Source: Escherichia coli (lineage in GTDB: Bacteria > Pseudomonadota > Gammaproteobacteria > Enterobacterales > Enterobacteriaceae). From it: a DNA stretch of 64,000 nucleotides. Below the pieces are notes generated by a model. The model made no database searches and had not been told where the DNA came from. It saw only the letters and a list, made by a program, of their open reading frames with translations. Below are positions 43,950 through 54,923 of the stretch, one piece after another. How positions within the stretch are numbered: position 1 is the first letter of the stretch; each line of letters starts with the position of its first letter. The DNA is taken from the NCBI RefSeq assembly GCF_003790525.1, contig NZ_CP033635.1; one strand, written 5' to 3'. A program made the position numbers and the translations under genes.

Positions 43950-45557
43950 ATGCGTATTTCCTTGAAAAAGTCAGGGATGCTGAAGCTTGGTCTCAGCCTG
44001 GTGGCTATGACCGTCGCAGCAAGTGTTCAGGCTAAAACTCTGGTTTATTGCTCAGAAGGATCTCCGGAAGGGTTTAACCCGCAGCTGTTTACCTCCGGTA
44101 CCACCTATGACGCCTCTTCCGTACCGCTTTATAACCGCCTGGTTGAATTTAAAATCGGCACCACCGAAGTGATCCCGGGCCTCGCTGAAAAGTGGGAAGT
44201 CAGCGAAGACGGTAAAACCTATACCTTCCATCTGCGTAAAGGTGTGAAGTGGCACGACAATAAAGAATTCAAACCGACGCGCGAACTGAACGCCGATGAC
44301 GTGGTGTTCTCGTTCGATCGTCAGAAAAACGCGCAAAACCCGTACCATAAAGTTTCTGGCGGCAGCTACGAATACTTTGAAGGCATGGGCTTGCCGGAGC
44401 TGATCAGCGAAGTGAAAAAGGTGGACGATAACACCGTTCAGTTTGTGCTGACTCGCCCGGAAGCGCCGTTCCTCGCTGACCTGGCAATGGACTTCGCCTC
44501 TATTCTGTCAAAAGAATATGCTGACGCGATGATGAAAGCCGGTACACCGGAAAAACTGGATCTCAACCCAATCGGTACCGGCCCGTTCCAGTTACAGCAG
44601 TACCAGAAAGATTCCCGTATTCGCTATAAAGCGTTTGATGGCTACTGGGGCACCAAACCGAAGATCGATACGCTGGTCTTCTCTATTACTCCTGACGCTT
44701 CCGTGCGTTACGCGAAATTGCAGAAGAACGAATGCCAGGTGATGCCGTACCCGAACCCGGCAGATATCGCCCGCATGAAGCAGGATAAATCCATCAACCT
44801 GATGGAAATGCCGGGGCTGAATGTCGGTTATCTCTCGTATAACGTGCAGAAAAAACCACTGGATGACGTGAAAGTTCGCCAGGCTCTGACCTACGCGGTG
44901 AACAAAGACGCCATCATCAAAGCAGTTTATCAGGGCGCGGGCGTATCAGCGAAAAACCTGATCCCGCCAACCATGTGGGGCTATAACGACGACGTTCAGG
45001 ACTACACTTACGATCCTGAAAAAGCGAAAGCCTTGCTGAAAGAAGCGGGTCTGGAAAAAGGTTTCTCCATCGACTTGTGGGCAATGCCGGTACAACGTCC
45101 GTATAACCCGAACGCTCGCCGCATGGCGGAGATGATTCAGGCAGACTGGGCGAAAGTCGGCGTGCAGGCCAAAATCGTCACCTACGAATGGGGTGAGTAC
45201 CTCAAGCGTGCGAAAGATGGCGAGCATCAGACGGTAATGATGGGCTGGACTGGCGATAACGGGGATCCGGATAACTTCTTCGCCACCCTGTTCAGCTGCG
45301 CCGCCTCTGAACAAGGCTCCAACTACTCAAAATGGTGCTACAAACCGTTTGAAGATCTGATTCAACCGGCGCGTGCTACCGACGACCACAATAAACGTGT
45401 TGAACTGTACAAACAAGCACAGGTCGTGATGCACGATCAGGCTCCGGCACTGATCATCGCTCACTCCACCGTGTTTGAACCGGTACGCAAAGAAGTTAAA
45501 GGCTATGTGGTTGATCCATTAGGCAAACATCACTTCGAAAATGTCTCTATCGAATAA
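43950..45557 (+). CDS. dppA: dipeptide ABC transporter periplasmic binding protein
   Basis: 535 aa with signal peptide. Confidence 0.96.
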   Translation: MRISLKKSGMLKLGLSLVAMTVAASVQAKTLVYCSEGSPEGFNPQLFTSGTTYDASSVPLYNRLVEFKIGTTEVIPGLAEKWEVSEDGKTYTFHLRKGVKWHDNKEFKPTRELNADDVVFSFDRQKNAQNPYHKVSGGSYEYFEGMGLPELISEVKKVDDNTVQFVLTRPEAPFLADLAMDFASILSKEYADAMMKAGTPEKLDLNPIGTGPFQLQQYQKDSRIRYKAFDGYWGTKPKIDTLVFSITPDASVRYAKLQKNECQVMPYPNPADIARMKQDKSINLMEMPGLNVGYLSYNVQKKPLDDVKVRQALTYAVNKDAIIKAVYQGAGVSAKNLIPPTMWGYNDDVQDYTYDPEKAKALLKEAGLEKGFSIDLWAMPVQRPYNPNARRMAEMIQADWAKVGVQAKIVTYEWGEYLKRAKDGEHQTVMMGWTGDNGDPDNFFATLFSCAASEQGSNYSKWCYKPFEDLIQPARATDDHNKRVELYKQAQVVMHDQAPALIIAHSTVFEPVRKEVKGYVVDPLGKHHFENVSIE

Positions 45558-45570
45558 TTAAAAGCCATAC

Positions 45571-45612
45571 CCGGTGGCGCTGTGCCTCTGCGTGCAGCGC
45601 CATCCGGCAGCA
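45571..45612 (+). terminator. REP-like stem-loop in the dppA-dppB intergenic region (likely attenuator/mRNA stabiliser)
   Basis: tggcgctg-tgcctctgcgtg-cagcgcca palindrome. Confidence 0.5.
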
Positions 45613-45707
45613 ATACTTCATTCCCTGTCCCACAAGGGCGGGAATTGATTTGTGAGCAATACAGACACGCAGTTCCAGGCTGCGGGTCATTATAGAGAAT
45701 CCGGGTT

Positions 45708-46727
45708 ATGTTGCAGTTTATTCTCCGACGTTTGGGACTCGTCATCCCCACGTTTATCGGTATTACCCTTCTCACATTTGCCTTTGTCCACATGATCCCG
45801 GGCGATCCGGTGATGATCATGGCGGGCGAGCGTGGGATCTCCCCAGAGCGTCACGCGCAATTGCTGGCTGAACTCGGCTTAGATAAACCGATGTGGCAGC
45901 AGTATCTCCATTACATTTGGGGCGTAATGCACGGTGATTTAGGCATTTCCATGAAAAGCCGAATTCCGGTATGGGAAGAGTTCGTGCCGCGCTTTCAGGC
46001 TACGCTGGAACTTGGCGTCTGCGCGATGATTTTTGCGACGGCAGTCGGTATTCCGGTTGGTGTGCTGGCTGCGGTTAAACGTGGTTCCATTTTCGATCAC
46101 ACAGCGGTTGGCCTGGCGCTGACCGGCTACTCGATGCCAATTTTCTGGTGGGGCATGATGCTGATCATGCTGGTTTCGGTGCACTGGAACCTGACGCCTG
46201 TCTCCGGTCGTGTGAGCGACATGGTGTTCCTCGATGATTCCAATCCGTTAACCGGTTTTATGCTGATCGACACCGCCATCTGGGGTGAAGACGGTAACTT
46301 TATCGATGCCGTCGCCCATATGATCCTACCCGCCATTGTGCTGGGTACCATCCCGCTGGCGGTCATTGTGCGTATGACGCGCTCCTCGATGCTGGAAGTG
46401 CTGGGCGAAGATTATATCCGCACCGCGCGTGCCAAAGGTCTTACCCGGATGCGGGTGATTATCGTCCATGCGCTGCGTAACGCGATGCTGCCGGTGGTGA
46501 CCGTTATCGGCCTGCAGGTGGGAACATTGCTGGCGGGGGCGATTCTGACTGAAACCATCTTCTCGTGGCCCGGTCTGGGGCGTTGGTTGATTGACGCACT
46601 GCAACGCCGCGATTATCCGGTAGTGCAGGGCGGCGTATTGCTGGTGGCGACGATGATTATCCTCGTCAACCTGCTGGTCGATTTGCTGTACGGCGTGGTG
46701 AACCCGCGTATTCGTCATAAGAAGTAA
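45708..46727 (+). CDS. dppB: dipeptide ABC transporter permease
   Basis: 339 aa. Confidence 0.95.
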   Translation: MLQFILRRLGLVIPTFIGITLLTFAFVHMIPGDPVMIMAGERGISPERHAQLLAELGLDKPMWQQYLHYIWGVMHGDLGISMKSRIPVWEEFVPRFQATLELGVCAMIFATAVGIPVGVLAAVKRGSIFDHTAVGLALTGYSMPIFWWGMMLIMLVSVHWNLTPVSGRVSDMVFLDDSNPLTGFMLIDTAIWGEDGNFIDAVAHMILPAIVLGTIPLAVIVRMTRSSMLEVLGEDYIRTARAKGLTRMRVIIVHALRNAMLPVVTVIGLQVGTLLAGAILTETIFSWPGLGRWLIDALQRRDYPVVQGGVLLVATMIILVNLLVDLLYGVVNPRIRHKK

Positions 46728-46736
46728 GGGGACATC

Positions 46737-47639
46737 ATGTCACAGGTTACTGAAAATAAAGTGATTAGCGCACCGGTGCCGATGACCCCGTTACAGGAGT
46801 TCTGGCACTATTTTAAACGCAACAAAGGCGCGGTTGTCGGGCTGGTTTACGTCGTCATCGTGCTGTTTATCGCGATCTTTGCCAACTGGATTGCACCCTA
46901 TAACCCGGCGGAACAGTTCCGCGATGCACTGCTCGCCCCGCCAGCCTGGCAGGAAGGCGGCAGCATGGCGCACTTGCTGGGCACTGATGACGTGGGGCGT
47001 GATGTGCTGTCGCGGCTGATGTACGGCGCGCGCTTGTCGCTGCTGGTTGGCTGTCTGGTAGTGGTGTTATCGCTGATTATGGGCGTTATTCTCGGCCTGA
47101 TCGCTGGTTACTTTGGCGGTCTGGTCGATAACATCATCATGCGCGTGGTCGATATCATGCTGGCGCTGCCAAGTCTACTGCTGGCACTGGTGCTGGTGGC
47201 GATTTTCGGCCCGTCGATTGGTAACGCCGCGCTGGCGCTAACCTTCGTTGCGCTGCCGCATTATGTGCGCTTAACCCGCGCCGCCGTGCTGGTGGAAGTT
47301 AACCGCGATTACGTCACCGCGTCTCGCGTGGCGGGTGCCGGGGCAATGCGCCAGATGTTTATTAACATCTTCCCGAACTGCCTTGCGCCGCTGATTGTTC
47401 AGGCGTCGCTCGGTTTCTCTAACGCTATTCTCGATATGGCCGCCCTTGGCTTCCTCGGCATGGGGGCGCAGCCGCCAACGCCGGAGTGGGGCACCATGCT
47501 CTCTGACGTGTTGCAGTTCGCGCAAAGCGCCTGGTGGGTCGTGACCTTCCCGGGTCTGGCGATCCTGCTGACGGTGCTGGCATTTAACCTGATGGGTGAC
47601 GGTCTGCGTGACGCGCTCGATCCCAAACTGAAGCAGTAA
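46737..47639 (+). CDS. dppC: dipeptide ABC transporter permease
   Basis: 300 aa. Confidence 0.95.
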   Translation: MSQVTENKVISAPVPMTPLQEFWHYFKRNKGAVVGLVYVVIVLFIAIFANWIAPYNPAEQFRDALLAPPAWQEGGSMAHLLGTDDVGRDVLSRLMYGARLSLLVGCLVVVLSLIMGVILGLIAGYFGGLVDNIIMRVVDIMLALPSLLLALVLVAIFGPSIGNAALALTFVALPHYVRLTRAAVLVEVNRDYVTASRVAGAGAMRQMFINIFPNCLAPLIVQASLGFSNAILDMAALGFLGMGAQPPTPEWGTMLSDVLQFAQSAWWVVTFPGLAILLTVLAFNLMGDGLRDALDPKLKQ

Positions 47640-47649
47640 GAGGTTCGAG

Positions 47650-48633
47650 ATGGCGTTATTAAATGTAGATAAATTATCGGTGCATTTCGGCGACGAAAGC
47701 GCACCGTTCCGCGCCGTAGACCGCATCAGCTACAGCGTAAAACAGGGCGAAGTAGTCGGGATTGTGGGTGAGTCCGGCTCTGGTAAATCGGTCAGTTCGC
47801 TGGCGATTATGGGGCTGATTGATTATCCGGGCCGCGTAATGGCGGAAAAGCTGGAGTTTAACGGTCAGGATTTACAGCGTATCTCAGAAAAAGAGCGCCG
47901 CAACCTGGTGGGTGCCGAAGTGGCGATGATCTTCCAGGACCCGATGACCAGCCTTAACCCGTGCTACACCGTGGGTTTCCAGATTATGGAAGCGATTAAG
48001 GTGCATCAGGGCGGCAACAAAAGTACCCGCCGTCAGCGGGCGATTGACCTGCTGAATCAGGTCGGTATTCCCGATCCGGCATCGCGTCTGGATGTTTACC
48101 CGCATCAGCTTTCCGGCGGCATGAGCCAGCGCGTGATGATCGCCATGGCGATTGCCTGTCGGCCAAAACTGCTGATTGCCGATGAACCAACCACTGCGCT
48201 GGACGTGACCATTCAGGCGCAAATCATTGAACTACTGCTGGAGCTACAGCAGAAAGAGAACATGGCGCTGGTGTTAATTACCCATGACCTGGCGCTGGTG
48301 GCGGAAGCGGCACATAAAATCATCGTGATGTATGCAGGTCAGGTGGTGGAAACGGGCGATGCGCACGCCATCTTCCATGCGCCGCGTCACCCGTATACTC
48401 AGGCATTGCTGCGTGCGCTGCCGGAATTTGCTCAGGATAAAGAACGTCTGGCGTCGTTGCCAGGTGTTGTTCCCGGCAAGTATGACCGTCCGAACGGCTG
48501 CCTGCTTAACCCGCGCTGTCCCTACGCCACTGACAAATGCCGCGCTGAAGAACCGGCGCTGAATATGCTCGCTGACGGGCGTCAGTCCAAATGCCACTAC
48601 CCACTTGATGATGCCGGGAGGCCGACACTATGA
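47650..48633 (+). CDS. dppD: dipeptide ABC transporter ATP-binding protein
   Basis: 327 aa; Walker A GESGSGKS. Confidence 0.95.
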   Translation: MALLNVDKLSVHFGDESAPFRAVDRISYSVKQGEVVGIVGESGSGKSVSSLAIMGLIDYPGRVMAEKLEFNGQDLQRISEKERRNLVGAEVAMIFQDPMTSLNPCYTVGFQIMEAIKVHQGGNKSTRRQRAIDLLNQVGIPDPASRLDVYPHQLSGGMSQRVMIAMAIACRPKLLIADEPTTALDVTIQAQIIELLLELQQKENMALVLITHDLALVAEAAHKIIVMYAGQVVETGDAHAIFHAPRHPYTQALLRALPEFAQDKERLASLPGVVPGKYDRPNGCLLNPRCPYATDKCRAEEPALNMLADGRQSKCHYPLDDAGRPTL

Positions 48634-49634
48634 GTACGCAAGAGGCCACCTCGCAACAACCGCTGTTGCAGGCTATCGACCTGAAAAAACATTATCCGGT
48701 GAAGAAAGGTATGTTCGCGCCGGAACGTCTGGTGAAGGCGCTGGACGGCGTTTCGTTTAACCTTGAACGTGGCAAAACGCTGGCAGTAGTAGGTGAATCT
48801 GGCTGCGGTAAATCGACCCTCGGTCGGTTACTGACGATGATCGAAACGCCCACCGGTGGTGAGCTGTATTACCAGGGGCAGGATCTGCTCAAGCACGATC
48901 CGCAGGCGCAGAAGTTGCGTCGGCAGAAAATCCAGATCGTCTTTCAGAATCCCTATGGTTCGCTAAATCCGCGTAAAAAAGTTGGGCAAATTCTTGAAGA
49001 GCCGCTGCTTATTAATACCAGCTTAAGCAAAGATCAGCGTCGGGAAAAAGCCCTGTCGATGATGGCGAAAGTCGGCCTGAAAACCGAGCATTACGACCGC
49101 TATCCGCATATGTTCTCCGGCGGTCAGCGTCAGCGTATCGCCATTGCCCGTGGTCTGATGCTCGACCCGGATGTGGTGATTGCCGATGAGCCGGTTTCCG
49201 CGCTGGACGTCTCAGTGCGTGCGCAGGTGCTGAATCTGATGATGGATTTGCAGCAGGAGTTGGGGCTGTCTTATGTCTTTATCTCCCACGACCTGTCAGT
49301 GGTTGAGCACATTGCCGATGAAGTGATGGTGATGTACCTGGGCCGCTGCGTGGAGAAGGGAACGAAGGACCAAATCTTCAATAACCCGCGTCATCCGTAC
49401 ACTCAGGCGCTACTCTCCGCGACGCCGCGCCTGAACCCGGACGATCGCCGCGAGCGCATCAAGCTCACCGGTGAACTGCCAAGCCCGCTCAATCCACCGC
49501 CGGGTTGCGCCTTCAACGCCCGCTGTCGTCGGCGCTTCGGCCCCTGCACCCAGTTGCAGCCGCAGCTAAAAGACTACGGCGGTCAACTGGTAGCTTGTTT
49601 TGCTGTTGATCAGGATGAAAATCCGCAGCGTTAA
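48630..49634 (+). CDS. dppF: dipeptide ABC transporter ATP-binding protein
   Basis: 334 aa; Walker [10 protein letters not shown]; 4 bp overlap with dppD. Confidence 0.95.
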   Translation: MSTQEATSQQPLLQAIDLKKHYPVKKGMFAPERLVKALDGVSFNLERGKTLAVVGESGCGKSTLGRLLTMIETPTGGELYYQGQDLLKHDPQAQKLRRQKIQIVFQNPYGSLNPRKKVGQILEEPLLINTSLSKDQRREKALSMMAKVGLKTEHYDRYPHMFSGGQRQRIAIARGLMLDPDVVIADEPVSALDVSVRAQVLNLMMDLQQELGLSYVFISHDLSVVEHIADEVMVMYLGRCVEKGTKDQIFNNPRHPYTQALLSATPRLNPDDRRERIKLTGELPSPLNPPPGCAFNARCRRRFGPCTQLQPQLKDYGGQLVACFAVDQDENPQR

Positions 49635-49663
49635 CTCACAAAACCGGGGCCGTGCGCTCCGGT

Positions 49664-50935
49664 TTACTCAATCAGCTTCAACAGTGGCGACAAGCATAGC
49701 AAAATGCCGTAAAGCAGAATCAGCCAGGCTTTAAATCCGCGAAGTTTTTCCAGTTGTGCGACTTTATAGATCAGGAAAAACGGAATGAGGCACGACACAA
49801 TGCCATATAACGGGCTTCCCAACTGAAAGAACACCAGCACCGATACACGAAACGAAACCCAAATCGTCAACGTAATGACGATAAAAGCGCAGATCGCCAG
49901 AGTCAGCACGCGTGAATTAATTTTCTTGGTATCAATAATTCGGCTTAACAGATTGAGAATAATGCCTTTAATGGCCTCGTGGAAACCGAGATAAATGCCA
50001 AAGAATGCGGTCAGTACGGCAAAGATATTCAGCACCGTAGAGGTGATATGAATGATATGCCCAGGGATCACCTGCGCGGCCAGTGCCAGTGCCGAGATAT
50101 TTTGTTCAAAGGCAGAAACGGCTTCTTCGTGGCTAATTGAGAAGGTAAACGAAAAGGCAAAAAACAGGATCACCGCGATGAGCGTGACATAACTAATTCG
50201 GTGGGTACGCAGCGCGAGCCGGGTTGCCAGTACTTTATCCGCTTCCCGTTTACGATAGGCAATATTCATTGGGTTAAGTACCTGAATAAATACCGCAGAA
50301 AAGAAGCAAAAGGGAATGGTAAGCAGGACATCGCGGAAAAAGACGGAGGCTTGCGGGAAGGCGGTTATATTGGCGAAATTCCAGTGCGGGATCATCGCAA
50401 AACCGAACACGACGATAATCCCTACTTTGACCACCACCATTGGCCCGGAAATCTTAAACAGTAATCGTTCACCACCAGACGCAATTGCCACCAGTACGGC
50501 GAAAATGGCGACTTTATAAAGTAGAGATTGTGAAAGATCGGCATCGGTTAAACCGAAGGTTTTCAGGTACGAGGCGCTGTCGAAAACCACGGAGAGAGAG
50601 TAGATAAAAATCCCGTGGATAATCATCAAAAAGTAGATAACCCCGAGGAAAATTCCCCAGTTCTTCCCCAGGTAATGACTGATAATATCGGTGTAGTCAT
50701 TACAGGAATCGCTTTCAGAAAGGGTTTTTAAATAAATGTCCTGCACTACCCAGGTGGCAGGATAAGCAATGATCGCTGCGGTAATAAATACCCAAATTCC
50801 CTTCAAGCCAATTTGTACTGGCATCAGCACGGTTCCGGCACCAATCGCCATGCCTATGCATAATAAAACCCAGCCGAAGTCGTAGCGTGTAAACGGCAAT
50901 TTCTGATCGTGTTTCGGTAGTGTGTTGTGCTGCAT
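49664..50935 (-). CDS. yhjV: HAAAP-family (serine/aromatic amino acid-type) transporter
   Basis: ATG (complement) at 50933..50935 gives 423 aa starting [15 protein letters not shown]. Confidence 0.85.
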   Translation of the reverse strand: MQHNTLPKHDQKLPFTRYDFGWVLLCIGMAIGAGTVLMPVQIGLKGIWVFITAAIIAYPATWVVQDIYLKTLSESDSCNDYTDIISHYLGKNWGIFLGVIYFLMIIHGIFIYSLSVVFDSASYLKTFGLTDADLSQSLLYKVAIFAVLVAIASGGERLLFKISGPMVVVKVGIIVVFGFAMIPHWNFANITAFPQASVFFRDVLLTIPFCFFSAVFIQVLNPMNIAYRKREADKVLATRLALRTHRISYVTLIAVILFFAFSFTFSISHEEAVSAFEQNISALALAAQVIPGHIIHITSTVLNIFAVLTAFFGIYLGFHEAIKGIILNLLSRIIDTKKINSRVLTLAICAFIVITLTIWVSFRVSVLVFFQLGSPLYGIVSCLIPFFLIYKVAQLEKLRGFKAWLILLYGILLCLSPLLKLIE

Positions 50936-51410
50936 AAAGTCCTGTCCAGAAAGAAGTCGGCCTCGCAAAAATGAATAAACCCAGTTTCTCTTGCGCAACA
51001 GGTGGAGAAGTCGAATACGCAGTATGTAAAAAATGAGGCAACAGATTCACTGGGGAGGTCGCGAGGAGGCGCAATTCTACAAAATTGCGCATTTCACTAC
51101 CAGTCTGGAGTCAGCCCGGATATGAACTGCAACTATTGCAAATAAAGAAATTAAGCTGGAATGCATCACGCAATGAGGAAGATTGCCGGGTGCTGACGGT
51201 AAAAAGCAATCGTAGAATCAGCGGCAAGCCGGAAAGGTTCCGGTGAGGCGCAATGTTGCGGGGGCTTAATCCCTGGTGGCATTGGTTGCTGGAGAGAGAA
51301 AACCCCCGCATATTGCAGGTATGCACCTGACAACATCACGGGGGCTAATCTTGAACCTAGACCACTCAAGAATAGCCGCGAAACGTTGTCATTACAACAC
51401 AGGCGGCTAT

Positions 51411-51518
51411 ATGACGCTCGCAGAACTGGGCATGGCCTTCTGGCATGATTTAGCGGCTCCGGTCATTGCTGGCATTCTTGCCAGCATGATCGTGAACTGG
51501 CTGAATAAGCGGAAGTAA
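51411..51518 (+). CDS. ldrD: Ldr-family type I toxin peptide (35 aa), copy 1
   Basis: MTLAELGMAFWHDLAAPVIAGILASMIVNWLNKRK. Confidence 0.85.
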   Translation: MTLAELGMAFWHDLAAPVIAGILASMIVNWLNKRK

Positions 51519-51893
51519 CGTGTCAGACGGGCGTCAGGCTGCCGTAATGGCAATTTGCGCCCGGACCAGGCCGCAGGGATAAAACTCTGCGGCCTTTTTC
51601 GTAAGAAAAATGCAACGGTTGCAAGCGGATAATATTCTGCGGAATGCGCAGCACAGAGTGAAGACGTGACGGATTCCGGAACAGAAAAACAGTCGTAGAA
51701 TCAGCGGCAAGCCGGAAAGGTTCCGGTGAGGCGCAATGTTGCGGGGGCTTTATCCCTGGTGGCATTGGTTGCTGGAGAGAGAAAACCCCCGCACGTTGCA
51801 GGTATGCACCTGACAACACCACGGGGGCTAATCTTGACTCTAGACCACTCAAGAATAGCCGCGAAACGTTGTCATTACAACACAGGCGGCTAT

Positions 51894-52001
51894 ATGACGC
51901 TCGCAGAGCTGGGCATGGCCTTCTGGCATGATTTAGCGGCTCCGGTCATTGCTGGCATTCTTGCCAGCATGATCGTGAACTGGCTGAACAAGCGGAAGTA
52001 A
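51894..52001 (+). CDS. Ldr-family type I toxin peptide (35 aa), copy 2
   Basis: identical peptide to copy 1. Confidence 0.85.
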   Translation: MTLAELGMAFWHDLAAPVIAGILASMIVNWLNKRK

Positions 52002-52377
52002 CGTGTCAGACGGGCGTCAGGCTGCCGTAATGGCAATTTGCGCCCGGACCAGGCCGCAGGGATAAAACTCTGCGGCCTTTTTCGTAAGAAAAATGCAACG
52101 GTTGCAAGCGGATAATATTCTGCGGAATGCGCAGCACAGAGTGAAGAAGTGATGGATTTCGACGAACAAAAATGGCCGTAGAATCAGCGGCAAGCCGGAA
52201 GGGTTCCGGTGAGGCGCAATGTTGCGGGGGGCTTTATCCCTGGTGGCATTGGTTGCTGGAGAGAGAAAACCCCCGCACGTTGCAGGTATGCACCTGACAA
52301 CACCACGGGGGCTAATCTTGACTCTAGACCACTCAAGAATAGCCGCGAAACGTTGTCATTACAACACAGGCGGCTAT

Positions 52378-52485
52378 ATGACGCTCGCAGAGCTGGGCAT
52401 GGCCTTCTGGCATGATTTAGCGGCTCCGGTCATTGCTGGCATTCTTGCCAGTCTGATCGTGAACTGGCTGAACAAGCGGAAGTAA
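52378..52485 (+). CDS. Ldr-family type I toxin peptide (35 aa), copy 3 (M26L)
   Basis: MTLAELGMAFWHDLAAPVIAGILASLIVNWLNKRK. Confidence 0.85.
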   Translation: MTLAELGMAFWHDLAAPVIAGILASLIVNWLNKRK

Positions 52486-52861
52486 CGTGTCAGACGGGCG
52501 TCAGGCTGCCGTAATGGCAATTTGCGCCCGGATCAGGCCGCAGGGATAAAACTCTGCGGCCTTTTTCGTAAGAAAAATGCAACGGTTGCAAGCGGATAAT
52601 ATTCTGCGGAATGCGCAGCACAGAGTGAAGACGTGACGGATTCCGGAACAGAAAAACAGTCGTAGAATCAGTGGCAAGCCGGAAGGGTTCCGGTGAGGCG
52701 CAATGTTGCGGGGGGCTTAATCCCTGGTGGCATTGGTTGCTGGAGAGAGAAAACCCCCGCACGTTGCAGGTATGCACCTGACAACATCACGGGGGCTAAT
52801 CTTGAACCTTAACAACTCAAGAATAGCCGCGAAACGTTGTCATTACAACAGAGGCGGCTAT

Positions 52862-52969
52862 ATGACGCTCGCAGAACTGGGCATGGCCTTCTGGCATGAT
52901 TTAGCGGCTCCGGTCATTGCTGGCATTCTTGCCAGTCTGATCGTGAACTCGCTGAATAAGCGGAAGTAA
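52862..52969 (+). CDS. Ldr-family type I toxin peptide (35 aa), copy 4 (M26L, W31S)
   Basis: MTLAELGMAFWHDLAAPVIAGILASLIVNSLNKRK; tgg to tcg change. Confidence 0.8.
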   Translation: MTLAELGMAFWHDLAAPVIAGILASLIVNSLNKRK

Positions 52970-53055
52970 CGTGTCATGCGGGCGTCAGGCTGCCGTAATG
53001 GCAAGTTGCGCCCGGACCAGGCCGCAGGGGTGAAACTCTGCGGCCTTTTTCGTTC

Positions 53056-54735
53056 TTATTGCGGGTAAGGCACCCAGTCGCCGCCGTTCAGGCGAACGTA
53101 CGGTTTATCCTGGTATTGAATAACTACTGCATTTGAGTTCTCGGAGACCGGTGCTGTTTGTGGCAACCCACTGGTGAGTTTTTTCCAGTCAACATTGTCT
53201 TCGGTGAAAATCTTGCCATCAAGAACCCGAACCACCAGATCGGAGATAGCCAGGAAGCTGCTCGGTTGGTCGATGACAATCGGTGCCCCCTGATGTGGTG
53301 CCTTCATGCCGAAGAATTTCACCCCAACGGGGACGTCTGTGATAGACGGGCTAGGGATATCACGTAGGCCAGATACCTGCATTCTGTCGCCCTTCAGCGC
53401 GCCGCCGTGTTCTGGCACCACGACCACCATCACTTTACGACCCGATTTCTCCAGTTCAGTAAAGAAGGCGTCCAGTTCATCAAAGAATTTCTGCGCCCGC
53501 GCTTTGTAATCCGCTGTTTTGCTGACGCCCGGATAATGGTTGCCGTCATGCAGTGGAAGCGTGTTGTAGAACGTGGCACTACGGCTGTTTTTATCTTTTT
53601 CGGTAACGTCCAGCCAGCGGTTAAGCACGGCGGTATCGTCATAAACCGGCGAACCATCAAAGCCCAGCAAAATAACCGGCAGATTTGTTTGATCCATCAA
53701 TTCGGTCTGCATGCCACCATTTTCGCGAACTTCTTTCAAAAAACCGCCGAACTGGCCGTTATGTCCCATCATCAGGTGCTGGGTAAAGCCCAGTTTCGAC
53801 AGGTTATCAAACAGATAGCAGTCATTATTTGCCGGTTGATACAGATTAGTGTGCGAAGTCTGCCCGCAGCTGGCGCGCAGTAAACGGATCGCCGCCGGGC
53901 CACTGTGGGAGGTGGCGGAGTTAAAGTTCTTGAACTCAATATCGAAATGCGACCACAGCGGATGCGACATCAACCCGGCGGCTTCAATATCCGACCAGGA
54001 AAGCGAACAGATATTAATCACCAGTAGTTCAAATGGCTGAGCATCAGCGGGCAGCGAAGACGGGAAGGTCGATTTACGTTTCGCCTCCGCGTTATAGAAA
54101 TTATTCAGCCAGGCGTTAAGGTTCGCCGTTGTTGGCGGTGCAGTTTGTGCGGGCATATCACCCACTACCGGTGCGCCACCCGTCGCCGCAACGGTTGCCG
54201 CTGCGTTACCACCCGTCGTTGTTACAGTGGTCGTCGGTTGACCGGCAGGCCACAAGGAGAAACTTGGTCCCGCCAGGGTAAGTACGTTCAGCCATAGCAG
54301 AATGGCAACCACAAAAACGGTAATGCGAATCCATTGTGACAGGAATAACCAGGCCACTAATAAAACAAAAATGGCCCCAATCATCTGCCAGTTAATAAAG
54401 CGTGTGACAAGGTCGATTAAATAATCGGTACTGAACCCCGCCACCTGCGAACCCTGGCTCATTATGCTTTCCGGGCCAGGCAACCAGGTGTCATGCCAGA
54501 ACAAAGCAAAGCCGATCGGCAGGGCAATCCAGTGGCGTAAGCGATGCAGGCTGTAGCGCGGAATGGGCATCAGCAGAAACGCGGCAAACACCAGATTGAG
54601 GAGCGGATGGAAGTTAAGATATCCTGCCCACAACAGGCCGAACTTAACCAGAAAATAGAAGTTCCAGCCGGAAAGGCCGCGCCAGTATTGCCAGAGGGAA
54701 GAAGGCATGGCGGTATTTTGCGTAAATTGAGTCAT
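53056..54735 (-). CDS. bcsG: cellulose phosphoethanolamine transferase
   Basis: 559 aa; N-terminal membrane domain plus alkaline-phosphatase-superfamily domain. Confidence 0.92.
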
Positions 54736-54923
54736 TTTTTGGTTGCCCTGGCTTTTTCCGTGCGGCGTAACGTCCCGGCCGGTTTAACATAACGAGGTTT
54801 AGCAAAGAACAAACGTAAGGTGTCGCGAATGCGTCGCAAAGAGTGCCGCGCCAGATAGCCCAGCGGGAAAAATATCAGTGCGCAAACGACAATAATTTCA
54901 ATGATATCGCTGATGGTCATCAT
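54732..54923 (-). CDS. bcsF: cellulose biosynthesis small membrane protein
   Basis: 63 aa, single TM; overlaps bcsG and bcsE. Confidence 0.88.

Larger units (their letters stand above)
51211..53050 (+). repeat. tandem array of four LDR units (Ldr toxin / Rdl antisense type I toxin-antitoxin), period about 484 bp
   Basis: unit starts cgtagaatcagcggcaagccgga at 51211, 51694, 52177, 52661; each has a 35-codon ldr ORF and a terminator hairpin ggccgcagggataaaactctgcggcc+T-tract; the cis-antisense Rdl RNA is expected on the minus strand over the leader. Confidence 0.9.

Noticed and set aside
51166-52777. Several minus-strand ORFs (67 to 109 aa) within the LDR array
   Set aside because: They recur only because the DNA is repeated; the known products of LDR units are the 35-aa Ldr peptide on the plus strand and a short non-coding antisense Rdl RNA.
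51211-53050. Possibility that the tandem array is a CRISPR array
   Set aside because: The period is about 484 bp with near-identical whole units, not short repeats with unique spacers; each unit holds a conserved ORF and terminator; no cas genes are nearby.
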